A stretch of DNA of 64,000 bases, taken from positions 70,060,001-70,124,000 of the forward strand of contig NC_134473.1 in the NCBI RefSeq assembly GCF_964194025.1. The letters run 5' to 3'. Below, piece after piece: positions 50,851 through 64,000 of the stretch. This DNA comes from Convolutriloba macropyga. Lineage: Eukaryota. Each line of letters starts with the position of its first letter. Within the stretch, counting starts at the first letter, position 1. A model generated the notes under the pieces. That model had not been told where the DNA came from. It worked only from the letters and a program-made list of their open reading frames with translations, and made no database searches. The position numbers and the translations under genes are program-made.

Positions 50851-51595
50851 AAAGAAACGTTCTGGCGCAAGACTAGATTATAACTGATGTTTGAACATGA
50901 ACTCAATTATTTTTTTTGTTTCGTATTTACTTGCTAACTTGTTAAAATCATTGTTAAAACAAATGTTATACTTTGTTGATGTATTGGGAATAACTGAGAG
51001 CTGTTTCCTGCCAACAAAAAAATAGGGGGAAATGCACTATATTTGGTGAATCGTTCCTTCTTAAGCTTTTCTTGTTTTTTTTTGAAACATTGCTTCATGA
51101 AGAAACAAAATGGGGGAAGAAGTATAACATAAACAAGAAAAAAAAATAAAGAAAGAAAAAAATTCATTTTGATACTCTGCTCGTGATTTCCGCGAGCAAG
51201 TTTCAAGCTGACTGTAATTTCCGCCGTCATCTAGTCTGAAACAAGAGTATTGAGATGAAAAAAAAGTTCTGTGATTTCCGCGGAACATTATTATTTATAC
51301 TGCATATTAAAGATAGCACCTAAAATAAACAAACTTTCACCCATTGATCAAAGTCATTCTTACATAAAGGAGTGCAATTTTTTTTTTAAAAAATGAAAAA
51401 AGAAGGAAAAAATGTCACTGGACGTCCTCTAAGTTAAATTTTAACATTCTTTGCTTCAAATTTTTCAAAATGCTTGAAAACAAAACATGAACTTTTTTTT
51501 AATTTTTTTTTATTTCAAATACATTTTTTTATTATTTTTTTATCTCAAATTGCTAATGATTTCATTAGTCAAAGTTGATTGCTCAGATTGTGTAG

Positions 51596-54506
51596 TTGAA
51601 CTATTCTCTCATGGTCGTCATAGATAAAAAGTTACTGGGCGATACCAAGCACGTTATCATGCTACAGAACATACGTTCACTAACAAAAAACTTTGATGAA
51701 CTCACTTTGGAAATTGCGTCTCTGAAAGAAAAACCCATAGCAATCTGCCTAACAGAGACATGGCTTAAAGATAAGTTCTCATCAAATATTTTTCACATAG
51801 ATGGTTATGATGAACTGGTTACAAGCAATAGGGAAAAAAGAGGTGGAGGTGTTGCAATTTTTGTACAAAATAAATTTAATGTCAAAATACGCGGGTCTCT
51901 AAACCTGAATAATATACAAGCGGTTAGTGTTTACTTCAGTATTGGAACAAAAAAGTTATCAATGACTTGTGTTTATATACCACCTAATGCCACCACGATT
52001 GCTACTTTTGACGTTCTTAGTACCTACTTGGAACAACATATTAGCGATCCGCAAAGCCTGCATGTGCTGTGCGGTGACTTTAATGTAAATTTTCTATCTA
52101 AAGGGAACAAACAATCATATTTAAGGGAATTGACCCAAACATTTGACCTAAAATTGGTAAGTGAGAACCTCATTACACGTGAAACAAAAAATTCAAGTTC
52201 TTATATTGACCTGTTCTTTACAAATTTTGAATCAGAGGTTACCAGCCAAAGAACAAAAATAACTGATCACTGTTCAGTTTTACTTAAATTGAAGAATAAA
52301 ACCAACTTAGAAACAGAAAATAATTTTTTTCAATCGAGAAATTGGGCAAAACTTGAAAATCCTCTTCTTCAGGAAAAAATTAGTTTCGTTCTGTGGCAGC
52401 GATTAAAACAATTTGATTCTACCGAAAAAGAAATCAATGATAAATTCAAATGTTCACAAAGAACTGTGCAAGAAGCATTAGATCACTATTTACCTAAGAC
52501 AACAAGAAAACATGTACAAAAGATCTGGATTGACAACGAAGTCAAAAACGCTGCCGCAAAGAAAAAAGTTTGTTTAAGAATGCACTCAAAGCTCAATCAA
52601 TATCGGCCAATAACGAATACAAACAACAGTGCAGGAAGGTAAAAACTTTGATAAAAAACAAAATGAAGACTTTTAATCAAAATCAAATTGAAAAAGGTGC
52701 AGCAAACACAAACCGAAACTTTTTTAAAGTTTATGGTGACATAACAGGCAAAAAAATTGAAAATTGTGGAAAAATACCATCTCAAGATGAAGTCAACCAT
52801 TTAAATGATTTTTTTACATCAATCGGAAGGAAAATGAACGCACATTTACCAACGAAATTGTTTCTAAAAACAACCGATAAAGCAGAACAATCTATGTTTC
52901 TTGCCGATATTACAGACAAAGAAGTTTTTGATATCATTAATAATGCTCCGAATAAGTAAAGTGAGGACTGTTATGACCTCAATTACTACTGCATCAAGAA
53001 ATTTTCTTATGTCCTGAGTCCTTTTCTCTCAAAATGTTTCAATGAATGTTTCAATCTTGGCGTGTTCCCTGATTGTCTTAAAATTGCAAAAGTTTTCCCA
53101 CTTCACAAATCTGGAGATAAGAGTATACCATCAAATTTTAGGCCTATTTCCTTATTACCAACGATAGCAAAGATCTTCGAGAAATTGCTTCAGAGAAAAA
53201 TTATCTCTTTTTTAGTGACATTTAATCTGCTCTCAAGCTCCCAGTTTGGTTTCAGGGCCAAAAGAAGTGCAGTTGACGCTGTTTTGTTTCTGATTGAACT
53301 CTTGCGACAAAAATTATCTGAGAAATCCGTTATGTCTGTTTGCACATTCCTGGATCTCAAAAAAACTTTTGATACGGTAGACCATACAATACTATTAGAC
53401 AAATGTTGTAATATTGGTTTGAGAGGTCATGTTTTCAATATACTTAAATCATACCTAACTAACCGCTCTCAGTTTGTTCAAATTGCAGAAGTTGTTTCAA
53501 GTACTGCTTTTGTTGATATTGGAGTTCCCCAGGGATCGGTTCTCGGTCCTCTGCTTTTCATAATATACGTGAATGATTTGAGCAATACGCAAGATGTTGA
53601 CAATTTAACTAATCTTGAATCTAATATCATACTTTTTGCAGATGACACAGTTATTGAAACTTCAGCCACCGCCGAAGAGGTTGTGATGAAACACAAAACT
53701 CAATTACAAAAATGTAATCAGTGGTTAACTAATAATAAATTGACAATCAATACTGAAAAAACAAAATCAATGTTTTTTGGGAAAATTAAAACTTACTCCA
53801 AAAAAGAACAGATTAACATCGATAAAGAGGGAATTGAAAACGTTGACTCAATACGTTATCTTGGAATAACAATAGATAATAAATTGTCTTTCAAAAATCA
53901 TATTGATGTGGTTAACCAAAAATTAATAAAGTTCATTGGACTTTTCTATAGACTGAGAAAATTTCTTAGTAAAAGTCAAATGATTCAGGTTTTTAAAAGT
54001 TATGTTCAGCCGGTAGTGCAATATGGTATACTGATTTATGGAAATTCTGTTTGGTCAGATATTTCATTGAAAGACTCAAAATTAAAAAAACTCATAAGGA
54101 TAATTTTCAATAAAAGAAAGTTCAACTCAGTGAGTGATCTAAGGAGAAAATTTAACCTGTTTTTAGCAAAAGAACTACACTTGTACGAAGTACTTAAACT
54201 GTTAATAAAAATGCTAAGAGACGAATGTGTTGTTAGTCACGTCAAATCTTACTTGAATGATAACGAATTAAACAGAGTAAAAAAAGAAGAAAAACAAAAA
54301 CGTGTCTTGATTGCGGTGATCGAAAAAATGTGACATACCGATTGAGGTTTAAGGTCCGAAAAATGTTGAATTTGTTGGTTTTTCTGGAACCTTCCTTTGT
54401 AAATACGGTTTTAAAAATGACAAATCAAAAAATAAAACATTTTTGCCATATGGTTTTAAGAAATTACATAATTGACAACCAAGACTTCTCAAGTTATTTT
54501 TTTTGA
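51596..54506 (+). pseudogene. LINE ORF2: APE endonuclease and reverse transcriptase (frameshifts ~52565 and ~54282; in-frame TAA at 52957)
   Basis: Endonuclease: QNIRSL, ICLTETWL, RGGGVAIFV, CVYIPP, LCGDFN, IDLFF, ITDH. RT: FPDCLKIAKVFPLHK, NFRPISLL, SQFGFR, FLDLKKTFDTVDH, GVPQGSVLGPLLF, LFADD, YLGITID. Confidence 0.95.
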
Positions 54507-54734
54507 GTACGTCTAATTGTAGCCCCCTGAACCCAATTATCGGTTTATTTATATTTTTTTAATTTTTTTTCTGTTTTAACCAACCATGATTTAGTTCAAT
54601 TACTATAGTAATTTTCTTTCGGTTCTTAATCAACAGTTCTTTGATATTCCTATATTGTGAGGCACTATATTTTGTGCACAGTAAAATAAACTTCTTTTGT
54701 GTTGCTCGATAACCGAAAATGAACAATTTATTAT

Positions 54735-54745
<11 letters not shown>

Positions 54746-54798
<53 letters not shown>

Positions 54799-54808
54799 AT
54801 ATACATAT
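54746..54808. repeat. (TA)n microsatellite
   Basis: Long uninterrupted TA run directly after the LINE tail. Confidence 0.95.
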
Positions 54809-56472
54809 AGTGTCAGGGGTTTTTTAAATCCCACTGGCATATCCAGGCATTCAACCTTTTTTGAAGCCGAAGGAGCCAAACCTATCACGGCTAACAGTGA
54901 TGAAGTTGAAACGAAACGTTTTTGGGTCAAATAAAATTTTGTTGACTTAAAGCCTATTGCAGGTGAATATTTGAAGAATATGCTGTTTCTTGTGGTGTGT
55001 TTGTGCTTAGATTTTTTTTTTTAAAATCTAATGATTAAGTGGTTCAGTTTTGAGCATTTGATTCAAATTGGCCATGTTTTGGTATTTGTAGGTTGAATTA
55101 TGCGAAGGCTGGCCATGAGTCAAATTATGCAAATATGGGAAATACCTAATTAAAGAACGTTGCTGACTCTCATTAAACTTTGTATACCAAATTTGCATAA
55201 AATGTATTCCTATTTTTGTAGTTTTGTTTTCATCGCAACGTTCAAGAAAAACTGTTGACAAAAATAAATAGTTTTTTTGAAACATTTTTCCTTGCAATGC
55301 TTGTAAAGTTTGGCGGACAGGAGTGAGTTAAGAGAAGAACGGGCATTAGGTTGTTTTCTTGCTATGCACAGTGAGTTTAGCTCTGAAAAATACCATGCGT
55401 CTACTTTTTCTGGCCGAGTCACTTTCGCCTTTTTATCGGATCAATGGAAAAAAATCAAAAGAACAGGTGAATAGTATTGGTTAAAAAATACTGCGAGTCG
55501 ACTTAGCAAAAGAGTGTGGTCATCCGATATTAGCTAAGGATAGACCGTGGGTTAAATTATGAAAAGACCACGATTGACAGATATTGGGCATTAAAAGACC
55601 GTACTAGACATTGGCCACGAAAACAACGTTGTTCAATCTATGAAAAGACTTAGGTCAACTTTAGTAGTGTGCTCGCCCATGTTATCTAGGTTGGAAAATT
55701 ACACCCCACCTGGACTTTGTCAGTCTTTTCAAATGGTCGACCTCGCCACCTCGGACGTTTCTGTCAATGCTTTGCAAACCAGGAACAGAAGTTTGACTGC
55801 TGTAGTTTCTATTTTAAGACTGGTTTTTCCGCTACTGACTGTCGTTCAGTTATAAAGCACTTAACCTAGCTAATACCACAACCCTATAAACTCAAACCTC
55901 ACGAAAGAGGCCTTTGACTTCTAAAAAAGTGGAAACTAGTTGCACTTTAAAATGTTGGCATGCAGTTTTGTCTTCATAAATAGCGGTGCAATGTAGATCG
56001 CTGTCTGAAATTGTTATTTTCTTCATTTTGAACTTTATCTATCGCATCAAAATTGAAATAAGGTGCGTCCTCTGAAAGTCCTGTTCTAAGCTAACTTTCA
56101 TGACTGGGAACAACTCTCGCTTCCAGCTGCTGAGCTAAGATCCACCCACCATTGAAATAAATAATAATTTAAACAATCAGTCACAAAAGTTGTAAATCAG
56201 CTAAATAAAATTTAAGTTTTCCTTAAAATTTGAGAAGTTTTTAGTTGACAGTTGTCCCATGTCAATAAAAGCATTATGTGTAAATATTTAAATCCCCAAA
56301 TCGCAGAGTTTAGTTGATAGATTTGTGTTAGGGCCACAAATTTTCAATTTTCGTAAATACAACGCCCGCCCATTTTGAATTGACGAGGACAATATTTCAA
56401 TAAACTCTCAGAATGTTTAATTATTAAACTCATTAATAATTTTTGAATAAGACATTCTTTTTTAATTGACAT

Positions 56473-56773
56473 ATGGATTTAGCTCTTAATTGGAGTTTTT
56501 CCGCGTCAATTCACGGCGTTTTTCACTCACTAAACGCTGAAAAACGCTATTCAGCGCGGATAGTTTGGATATCACTCGTATCAATATTTGTTGTTATTTG
56601 TTCGTGTCTTCAGTTCTCCCTCTTTTACACGTTTCTAATTGCAAGGCCGAATGTAGTGGAATTGTCTTTTGACCGGGAGACCTCTCTCAACTTTCCAAAT
56701 ATAGTAATTTGTGATTTGAACCAAGAGAATGACAAACTGATTGGTCTTTTGGACTTAGTACACTCCGGCTCAG
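56473..56773 (+). CDS. DEG/ENaC (amiloride-sensitive sodium channel family) subunit, first recognisable coding exon
   Basis: Pre-TM1 HG motif (SASIHG), RIVW plus hydrophobic TM1, and FPNIVICDLN (family FPxVTxCN motif). Phase-1 donor CAG|GTACG at 56773/56774. Confidence 0.85.
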
Positions 56774-59700
56774 GTACGCCAGAGCTTTTACCTCAGGGAA
56801 ATGAAACTTGATATACATAATGATAAAACTTGTGGTGAGAAACGTAAGAATTTGACCAAGTTTGTAATATTTTGGCATATTTGTTTATCAACATATCAAT
56901 ATTTGTTTACAATGAAGTCTAGCTGCATGAATCCTTGCTTATCATTATATTTTTGTAAAAATGAGATTTTTCCCGTTTTTGTTATAATTCGGGACTTTGG
57001 CGATCAAAGCTGTGGAACGGTTGGTGTTGTTTTGTTTTTTGGTTTGTCAAATAAATAATCGATGAGGCTGGTCCAGTTAATTAAAATCAGGGGAAAAATC
57101 GCCCAGTTACACTTTTCACCCTTAAGTGGTGAATTTTTGTTTAGAAAAACCGCCGCTACCGGGAAAGCTACAGGAAAAGTTAAGAAATTCAGTACCAAGA
57201 GTAGAAATTTTGGCAAACATCTGGTAAGACTTGACCACGCTAATTGCTAAAATTGCAGAAAAAATCGAGATAAATTGTTTCACCACAGTTAACCATTTGT
57301 GATTATCTTTTCTGATCAATCTTTGAGCCGGGAAAAATTGTTTTGTTTTATGGAGAAGAGACAGTACTCTCTCAAAGCTGTGCTCATTTACATTTTACAT
57401 TGAATACAAGAATCCTTTGGTTTTAATTTCAACTTAGCAGCACTAAAAATATGAAAGCCAGTCTTAAGAGTATCAGGACAACGTTAATTAGAGAATTGAT
57501 TTTAAGCTGATTTATTTTTACAGCACTTGGATTTAATTTTAACAGATGATGGTAATCGAATTTATACCGATTGATATTAAAAATAGCTGGCAAGTAAAAC
57601 GAAACTTTATACTTTTTTCATGACATGCAAGATTTTGCATTTCTCAACGAAAAACTTTAATGTCGTATAAAGAAAATGATAAAAAAGAATCCTTGTCAAA
57701 ATCTTATCAAAGTAAATCAAAGAACTATTGTGTCGTCATTTGCAATTTTTTATTTTTTGCAAATTAATTAAGCAAACAACTGACTATTCTGTATTCTATT
57801 TACATATGTAGAGATGGCGCTCTATTTACTTCACAAAAAGTAAAAGTTGTGCGATAATTTATATCTGTGGGTGGGAATTCTTACCATCGCGTCTTTTTCT
57901 ACACAGATCAACTGCGTTATTTTTGAAGCTCAAGCAAAGATGTTACAAGTTCTGAAACAAATTGATAAATTCTTACCGAAAACTATGTAGGTTTTAAAAT
58001 CAGGTCCCACTTAGAATCGAAATACAAGCTGCACCGCAGAAAAAATGTAGAATGGTTACGCTTATAAGCAAAATGACCACGATTTCCCTTTGAAATAATT
58101 TACAGGTTTTTGTGTATAAATTGTATAACACGGTAGCTTTATAACGCCAAAAAAATCAATTCGATGAAATCTTTGTTATTTTTTTACGTTTGAAAAAAAA
58201 TGAAAGTAATATTTGCAGCCGATGTTATCGTTGTGCACATAAAATTGGTTCCCGCTTTCCAGAGTTCAAAAATAATAAACTAATTAACATAAAAGACAAA
58301 ATTGGGCCACATCATAGGCCTTCAATTGTATGAAGACTTTCTAAATGCGAGCAAAATGTTGCGTAAGACCAGAGAAAATTTAGGAAAATTGTTGCTTTTT
58401 CAACTTTCATGATTTTTTTGTGAACGAATAGTAACTGGAAACTACTATCTATATTTACTTATATATTTATAATTTCCCCTAAAATAAATAAAACCAACAA
58501 AGGAGAGTTTTAATAAAATTGTGACATGAATCAATTTTGTAGTTATTTTATTAAACTTAAAAACTCCATCATACTTTTGGATAGAATATATAATGATGAT
58601 CCGTCCTTATTCCAGTCTTAGGGTCCCGCGCACTAATTTATTTATTATCACTCTTGAAGCCATTTTTGGCTTATTCCTCTTATTTGCAGATCATTGGTAC
58701 CTGAAGGAAATCATTGCGTATCTCACAAAATCACATATCTTTTTGAAAAAATTAAGTGTATTGATATGCGTTGATGGTTCACAGAAAACTGAAATCATTT
58801 TTGAAAAAAAAGAACGCATGCTTCCATTAAAAAACGGCTTTGAACACGCTTTCACCACTGCTTTCATCACATACAGTTGCACTATTTTTCTTTCTATTTT
58901 TAAGTTCGGGGTACCTTAAAATTGTCATTTAAAACTCAACTACCAAATAATTTTAGTCTGATAATAACTTATCTGTCCAATTTCAAAACTTTTAATTAAA
59001 CAACAGACCATATGCCTCCGAAGGAAATATGGACCACAAAGCTTATGAGTCACAATTATTTTGATATAATACTGAAACAGTAATTTTAACTTACCACATT
59101 TAATTTTTTTCTCATTCAAACAGTTGTTATTTTTTTACATTTTTAACGTTTCAAATATAGCGAAAGACAAGAAAAAGTGTACTCAAAAGAAGTGCACAGT
59201 TGTATTCTCAAACATGTTTTTCTCGGAGCGAATAGTAGAAAAATAATAGTAGAAAAAAAATAATTTGAAAAAAATTATTGCGGAAAAGTTATTAGAAAAT
59301 AATGTTCTGTATTTCACCACCTGAATTTTCAATTAACAGTTTCCTCTCTTTTTTGTTTTTTTTTAAGACGGAATGATGAAATTGCTGAAGTTTTGTAAGG
59401 TGACCTGCGTGCGTAAGTGAGGACCTAGAAGTACGTTCTTCCCCAATCCAATAAAGCAGTCTGCTTAAACAAGTCACAACTTATTGCTCTAATGATCACT
59501 ATCAGCTGTTTTAGGGATAAAGATACGGAAAATAACAAGTTTGGATCACAGTTGATTTTACTCAGCATTATTTCCTTTATTTCAGCAATGGTGACTACAC
59601 TGGTCTTCTTTTGCATAATTTGAAAAAAAAACTTCTTGTGTAATTTCTTTGTTTTTTCTACGCAACATGCACACCATCCAAAAATTGTGACGAAGGAAAT

Positions 59701-59942
59701 TAGTTTAAATTCACCCAGTCTTGAATACAATCAAGGCTTCTCTTGGCAGTATTTTATAAGAAATCTTCTGTCACTAGCAGCAACTATCCACGTTATTTTT
59801 GTTGATTGCTCCCCCATAATCCCAATTTAAATTTTGAAACTTTTAAACTCTAAGGTAAATTTTCTTCTTAATTCCGCTTAAATACTTTATTAAATTCATT
59901 ATGTTTATCAAGTTTATAGACTTTATCAAATTTATCAATTAG

Positions 59943-60197
59943 TGGGGGCATTAGCGACAGGTTTGTCTCTGTTAACAAAAAATGCAACATATATGGTTGA
60001 AAGGATGAGTTACGAAGGGCATAACGTGTTAACAGGGCACATAAGTCGCTTCCTGACCCAACTGGCAGTCAACGAGCTGTTCGAGTCTATACGGTGGTCT
60101 CTTCGTACGAACATATCGCAAACTCTGGAAGAACATCCGAAGCTGGATGAACTGTACAATTTGTACTACTCTGGCATTGATCACTCCAAAAGTATAG
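59943..60197 (+). CDS. Probable exon 2 of the DEG/ENaC gene (variable extracellular finger region)
   Basis: Acceptor TTTATCAATTAG| at 59942. Phase-compatible with exon 1 (G|TG = Val). Open 255-nt coding-like frame with N-glycosylation sequons (NAT, NIS). Donor TAG|GTAAGA at 60197/60198. Confidence 0.7.
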
Positions 60198-60822
60198 GTA
60201 AGATCATTGAGTTGAGAAGCCGAGCTCCAAAACCGAACCCTAGTCCAATCACGACGCTTATCGAAGGATGGCTTGCAAGATTTTTGCACATTCCATTACT
60301 ATGTTGCAAGATATTGCAAAAAGATACGTAATCTTACAAGACTGTTGCAATTTTCTCGCAAGATCCTACAAGAGGTAGGTAAGAGATTTGTGAATTGACC
60401 TTTCATCAGACCGTTATGGAACGAACGTCGCCTGTAAGCCTGTAATCAGACTGCGTGGGTTTTGTGGCCACTAAAACCTGTAATTTGTGAGGCAAACATA
60501 ACAAGGGCTGCTGTCCAGTGCATATGATTGGCCATTTTGGTCTTGGGTTCCGTCCTTAGATTTCTAACGCTCAAAAAGGGTCATTGACAGATACCAAAGC
60601 CTTTTGATGCCCAGAACTATTTATAAAGCTGCGTGCATATTGGTAAAATTTTGAATTTTTGATGAATAAAGCGATGGAAAAAATGGGGGGGGGGCAGGCA
60701 TTACAAATCGGAAGTCGGCAATGAATATACTATCTTGGTTAGATAATAATTCTTGGTTAGTTAGATAATGCATATCGTACAAGATTAAAGATCTTATGAT
60801 TTTCTTGAGTAGACAAAGAAGT

Positions 60823-63800
60823 AAACAAGGAGGCTCGGTAATGGGCGATTGCACATAAGGTTCCAAACCCGCTCATCCACAATTTTGGCATAATTGTCTA
60901 CCAAATGAGGAACAGATAGAAAAACCAAAAAACTCGAGTATTTTTCAAAAAAAACTGTTGTATGAACAAAAAGATAGCCTCCAAAGCAAACAACTCAGTG
61001 GAGAAAAAAATGATGTATTAGATTGATGAGATATGCAAACATTAAGAAAGCGAGCGAAGACGAACGGCAAAATCAAACAACAACAACAAACATTAATTAC
61101 ATCAAAAACTTTATGTCCGTTTAAAAAACAAAACTTAATAACAAAATAAATTATAAATCACCTGAAAAGATATGGGACCAGTGCATAAAAAGGTTTCGTA
61201 ACAATAAGACAAAAAGAACAAAAACAGTAAAGTAAAAATATTCGCTTATTTTTATAAAAACAATTAGCATCAAAGTAATGAAAACCATTAGAAATCAAGT
61301 AAAATGTCCCGAAGGTTTACAATTACAAAACTTATATAGAAGGGCATTCAGACCTGTCCTTATCCAATTTGTTATGCGGCTAAAAAGAACAACAAAAAGA
61401 CAACAAACAAAAATTCAATTAGAACTTGCCAGAAAACGCTGCCGAAGACGTAAAGCCATATTTTGCCCCAAAAAATATGAAAACCATGTTCAATTGAGCC
61501 TTCTTCAAACACCAATAATGTAGTATGTGGCCTTTCTTTAATGACACTAGGTAACAAGCAGACAAAAAAGAAAAAAGGGCAAAAATAAGTAATACTTTTC
61601 ATTTTTTTTCGGAAGAAAAATGACTTCCAAAGTCATGAAAGCCTTTAATTACAAAATGAAATATTAAAATAAGTTCGTTTATTCGTTCAAAAGAAGCACT
61701 TTAGACCAAGACCTGCCATCATCCAGAATATGTCTTCCGTCTGCAAGAAGAACGTCAAATATGACAAAAATAAAATTTATTTACTTTTTTTTTGTGAAAG
61801 ACTGGTGTCGAAGCCTGTAAGGTAATAACGAATTCTTTAATAATGTTACACTTTGTGATGCCAATCTTTTTGGCACCTTGTTAGGACACTAATAGAATCA
61901 TATTTGACCTGTAATTAACAAGACTGGTTAACAAAAAGGCAATAGAAAGAACAAAGTTGCAAAAATATATATATTTTTTTATTTTGGAAAACAATTCTTT
62001 TCAAAGTCGTGAAAACCATCAGCTATCTACTAATATCAGAAAATTGGCTCATGTTTTTTATCATGAAAAGTCATCGAAACTTGTCCTTACACGGGAAATT
62101 TCATACGACTAAAACGACAAAGTAAAAACGACAATTAAAGTCAAAATTAAAAAATTCAACTGAATTCTTCAAGAAAGGGGGTGTCGAAGCAGTTGAAACC
62201 ATAAACTATGCAATATTTACTGAATCTTAAATCAGTAGAAAGAAGAAGCATTCTTTCTTCGCCAACAATAAGCTACAAAATGACCAAATTACGAAAACAG
62301 AATAAATGAAAAGTTCATTAAGCCATTATTTATTTAAAAATCAATTATTCTTAAAAGTCAAAACAACCAAAAATTTTCACGTAAAAAATTAACTTATTGG
62401 CTTGGAGCTCCTTAGGAAGCTAATTGGAACTAGCACTCCTGAGTTTTCAGTTAATACGTTCTGTACCTTAATTAATTTAAAAAAATAAAAGACCGACTGA
62501 TCTAAAAAAAAGACCGACTGATTACAATCCGAATTCTTTTTGGATTGTAACCAGCCTTGCTAAAACTAACCCTTTCGTCCATTAGGGACACTTATCTTTC
62601 AAATTTTATAGATATAGATAATTTGTTAGTTAAGTAAAATTCGAAAAAAAATTGTGCTCTTTTGATAATCAACGAGTAAAGTTAGCAAAAAACGGCAAAG
62701 CTTTAATTACAGAGCACTCTCAACAGAAGATGAAGTAGGAATAGCCCCATTTCGAGTCCACATAGATTAAATTAAGGCTGTGTGGGATTAAATTAAGGCT
62801 GACTTTTGAAATATTTAGCCCAAATTTTTGACAAAAAAAGTAAATCAAAATAACCAGCAATTCTTTTTTGTTTTTAAAAATAAAATCAACAGCACTATTC
62901 TTAAAAAGTTTTACAAATTTTAGCAAAATTGACGAAAATTTAGGCAAAATTCCGGAAAATGTGAATAAAAACAACGGAATTCTTTCTACTCTTCTCAGGA
63001 GTTTAGAAAAAGAGAACACGAAGACTCTGTATATAAATACAAAAGAGACGCAACGACGGAAACACTAAATAACAAATAGAAGCTTTGTTTGAAAAAAATA
63101 TTTGCAATGTTTGGAAATAACTAATGATTACGCATGAATACAAGCTGCAAATTGGTAACAAAAAACTAATTAACTTTGTTTGAAATAGAGAGGGCCGATC
63201 TAATCTGTTGTTATATTGACTAAAACAGATGACAACAACGAGAGCAACAACCTACGTACACGAAATACTAATCTTTTACTGAAATACTAATCACAGTGTC
63301 ATAAACAATTAATTCAAAAAAAAATTACGTTAAATAGGACTAATTTTGCTTTAAATCAAGGGGCCTTGTTATCAAATAGTTTAGAAGTTGCAAGTACAAA
63401 AATAACAGCAAGATCTGAGAAAACCAAAAAAAATATGCATAATCTCTAACAAAATTAAATTTCCAAAGTTACAAAAAAACCATTTGCTACCGACTTACAG
63501 ATTTTAATATTTTTGTTTAAATTGTAGTAAAACAGTGAAACTTTTCAGTTTTCGAACTAGGTAATATGTCAACAAAATGATTAAAAAGTGCTATAACTAA
63601 AAGTTTCCTATCACTGTTTATTGAAATTCACACAATGATAAAGCGATAAAAACCATCATGTTGAAATGATCAATAGGTTCAATTGAGAATTGAAAAACCT
63701 AATGAGTCCTGCCACCAAAGCGACTCAAAGAGCAGTCAACAAATACAGCATCAAAGATCAGCTGAACAAAAATATTGCACTAAAGTTATTTAACTTTGAC

Positions 63801-64000
63801 GTCGAAAAAGATTTAGCCCCCTATTGGGGATTTGAACAAGCATTCCAAGCAAGCACCATTGGATCGCATAAGGTTTTTAAGTGTTCGCGAAAAATCAGAC
63901 ACAGAGACAGTGAAAACGTAATCCAAAATTTTTTCAATCGTCATTTAAATAAAACCAAGGTAAACCAAAATAAAGCAAAAAGATGACTTGCCAGTCATCT
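60823..64000 (-). mobile_element. Second, diverged HINE/DINE-1-like element inside the DEG/ENaC intron; far end not seen
   Basis: AAACAAGGAGGCTCGGTAATGGGCGATTGCACAT...GCTCATCCACAATTTT..CCAAATGA aligns with 10389-10475. Internal motifs are shared (TGTCGAAGC, TTTCAAAGTC..CCAT(T/C)AGCT). The right boundary is uncertain. Confidence 0.55.

Larger units (their letters stand above)
49936..54750 (+). mobile_element. Near full-length non-LTR retrotransposon (LINE), CR1/L2 group
   Basis: ORF1 (coiled coil plus RRM-like region), ~700-bp spacer, ORF2 with APE endonuclease and RT, short 3' UTR with AATAAA, and an (ATT)n tail merging into (TA)n. Confidence 0.9.

Noticed and set aside
54559-54934. ORFs with YIYIYI runs
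   Set aside because: Translation of the (TA)n microsatellite.
60400-60620. GC-richer intronic stretch as tRNA, SINE or DEG/ENaC exon 3
   Set aside because: No cloverleaf or A/B boxes identified, and no phase-compatible open exon with channel motifs.
1-64000. Assignment to a specific animal taxon
   Set aside because: Gene and repeat content indicate an invertebrate animal, but nothing visible fixes the lineage without a search.

Overview
AT-rich, repeat-dense eukaryotic (invertebrate-animal-like) genomic DNA with five N-runs. No prokaryotic features were found. Two host genes are recognisable: an intronless COA3/CCDC56 cytochrome c oxidase assembly factor (20487-20876, minus) and the first two coding exons of a divergent DEG/ENaC sodium-channel subunit (56473-56773 and 59943-60197, plus; the gene continues beyond what can be traced). 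Most of the rest is mobile or repetitive. This includes a decayed, internally deleted Ty3/Gypsy LTR element (~25584-33375) whose 3' accessory region carries a frameshifted DnaJ/J-domain ORF and a coiled-coil ORF, which is the most unusual observation. There is also a nearly intact CR1/L2-type LINE (~49936-54750), two CRE-like RLE fragments, DINE-1/Helentron-like elements, small MITEs, and a triplicated ~1.3-1.5 kb block with a 100-bp palindrome centred on GCGAAGC. A ~10-kb satellite of ~543-bp units and two near-identical segmental duplications (offsets 6015 and 2031 bp) complete the picture. All identities and family calls were made by eye, without database searches.
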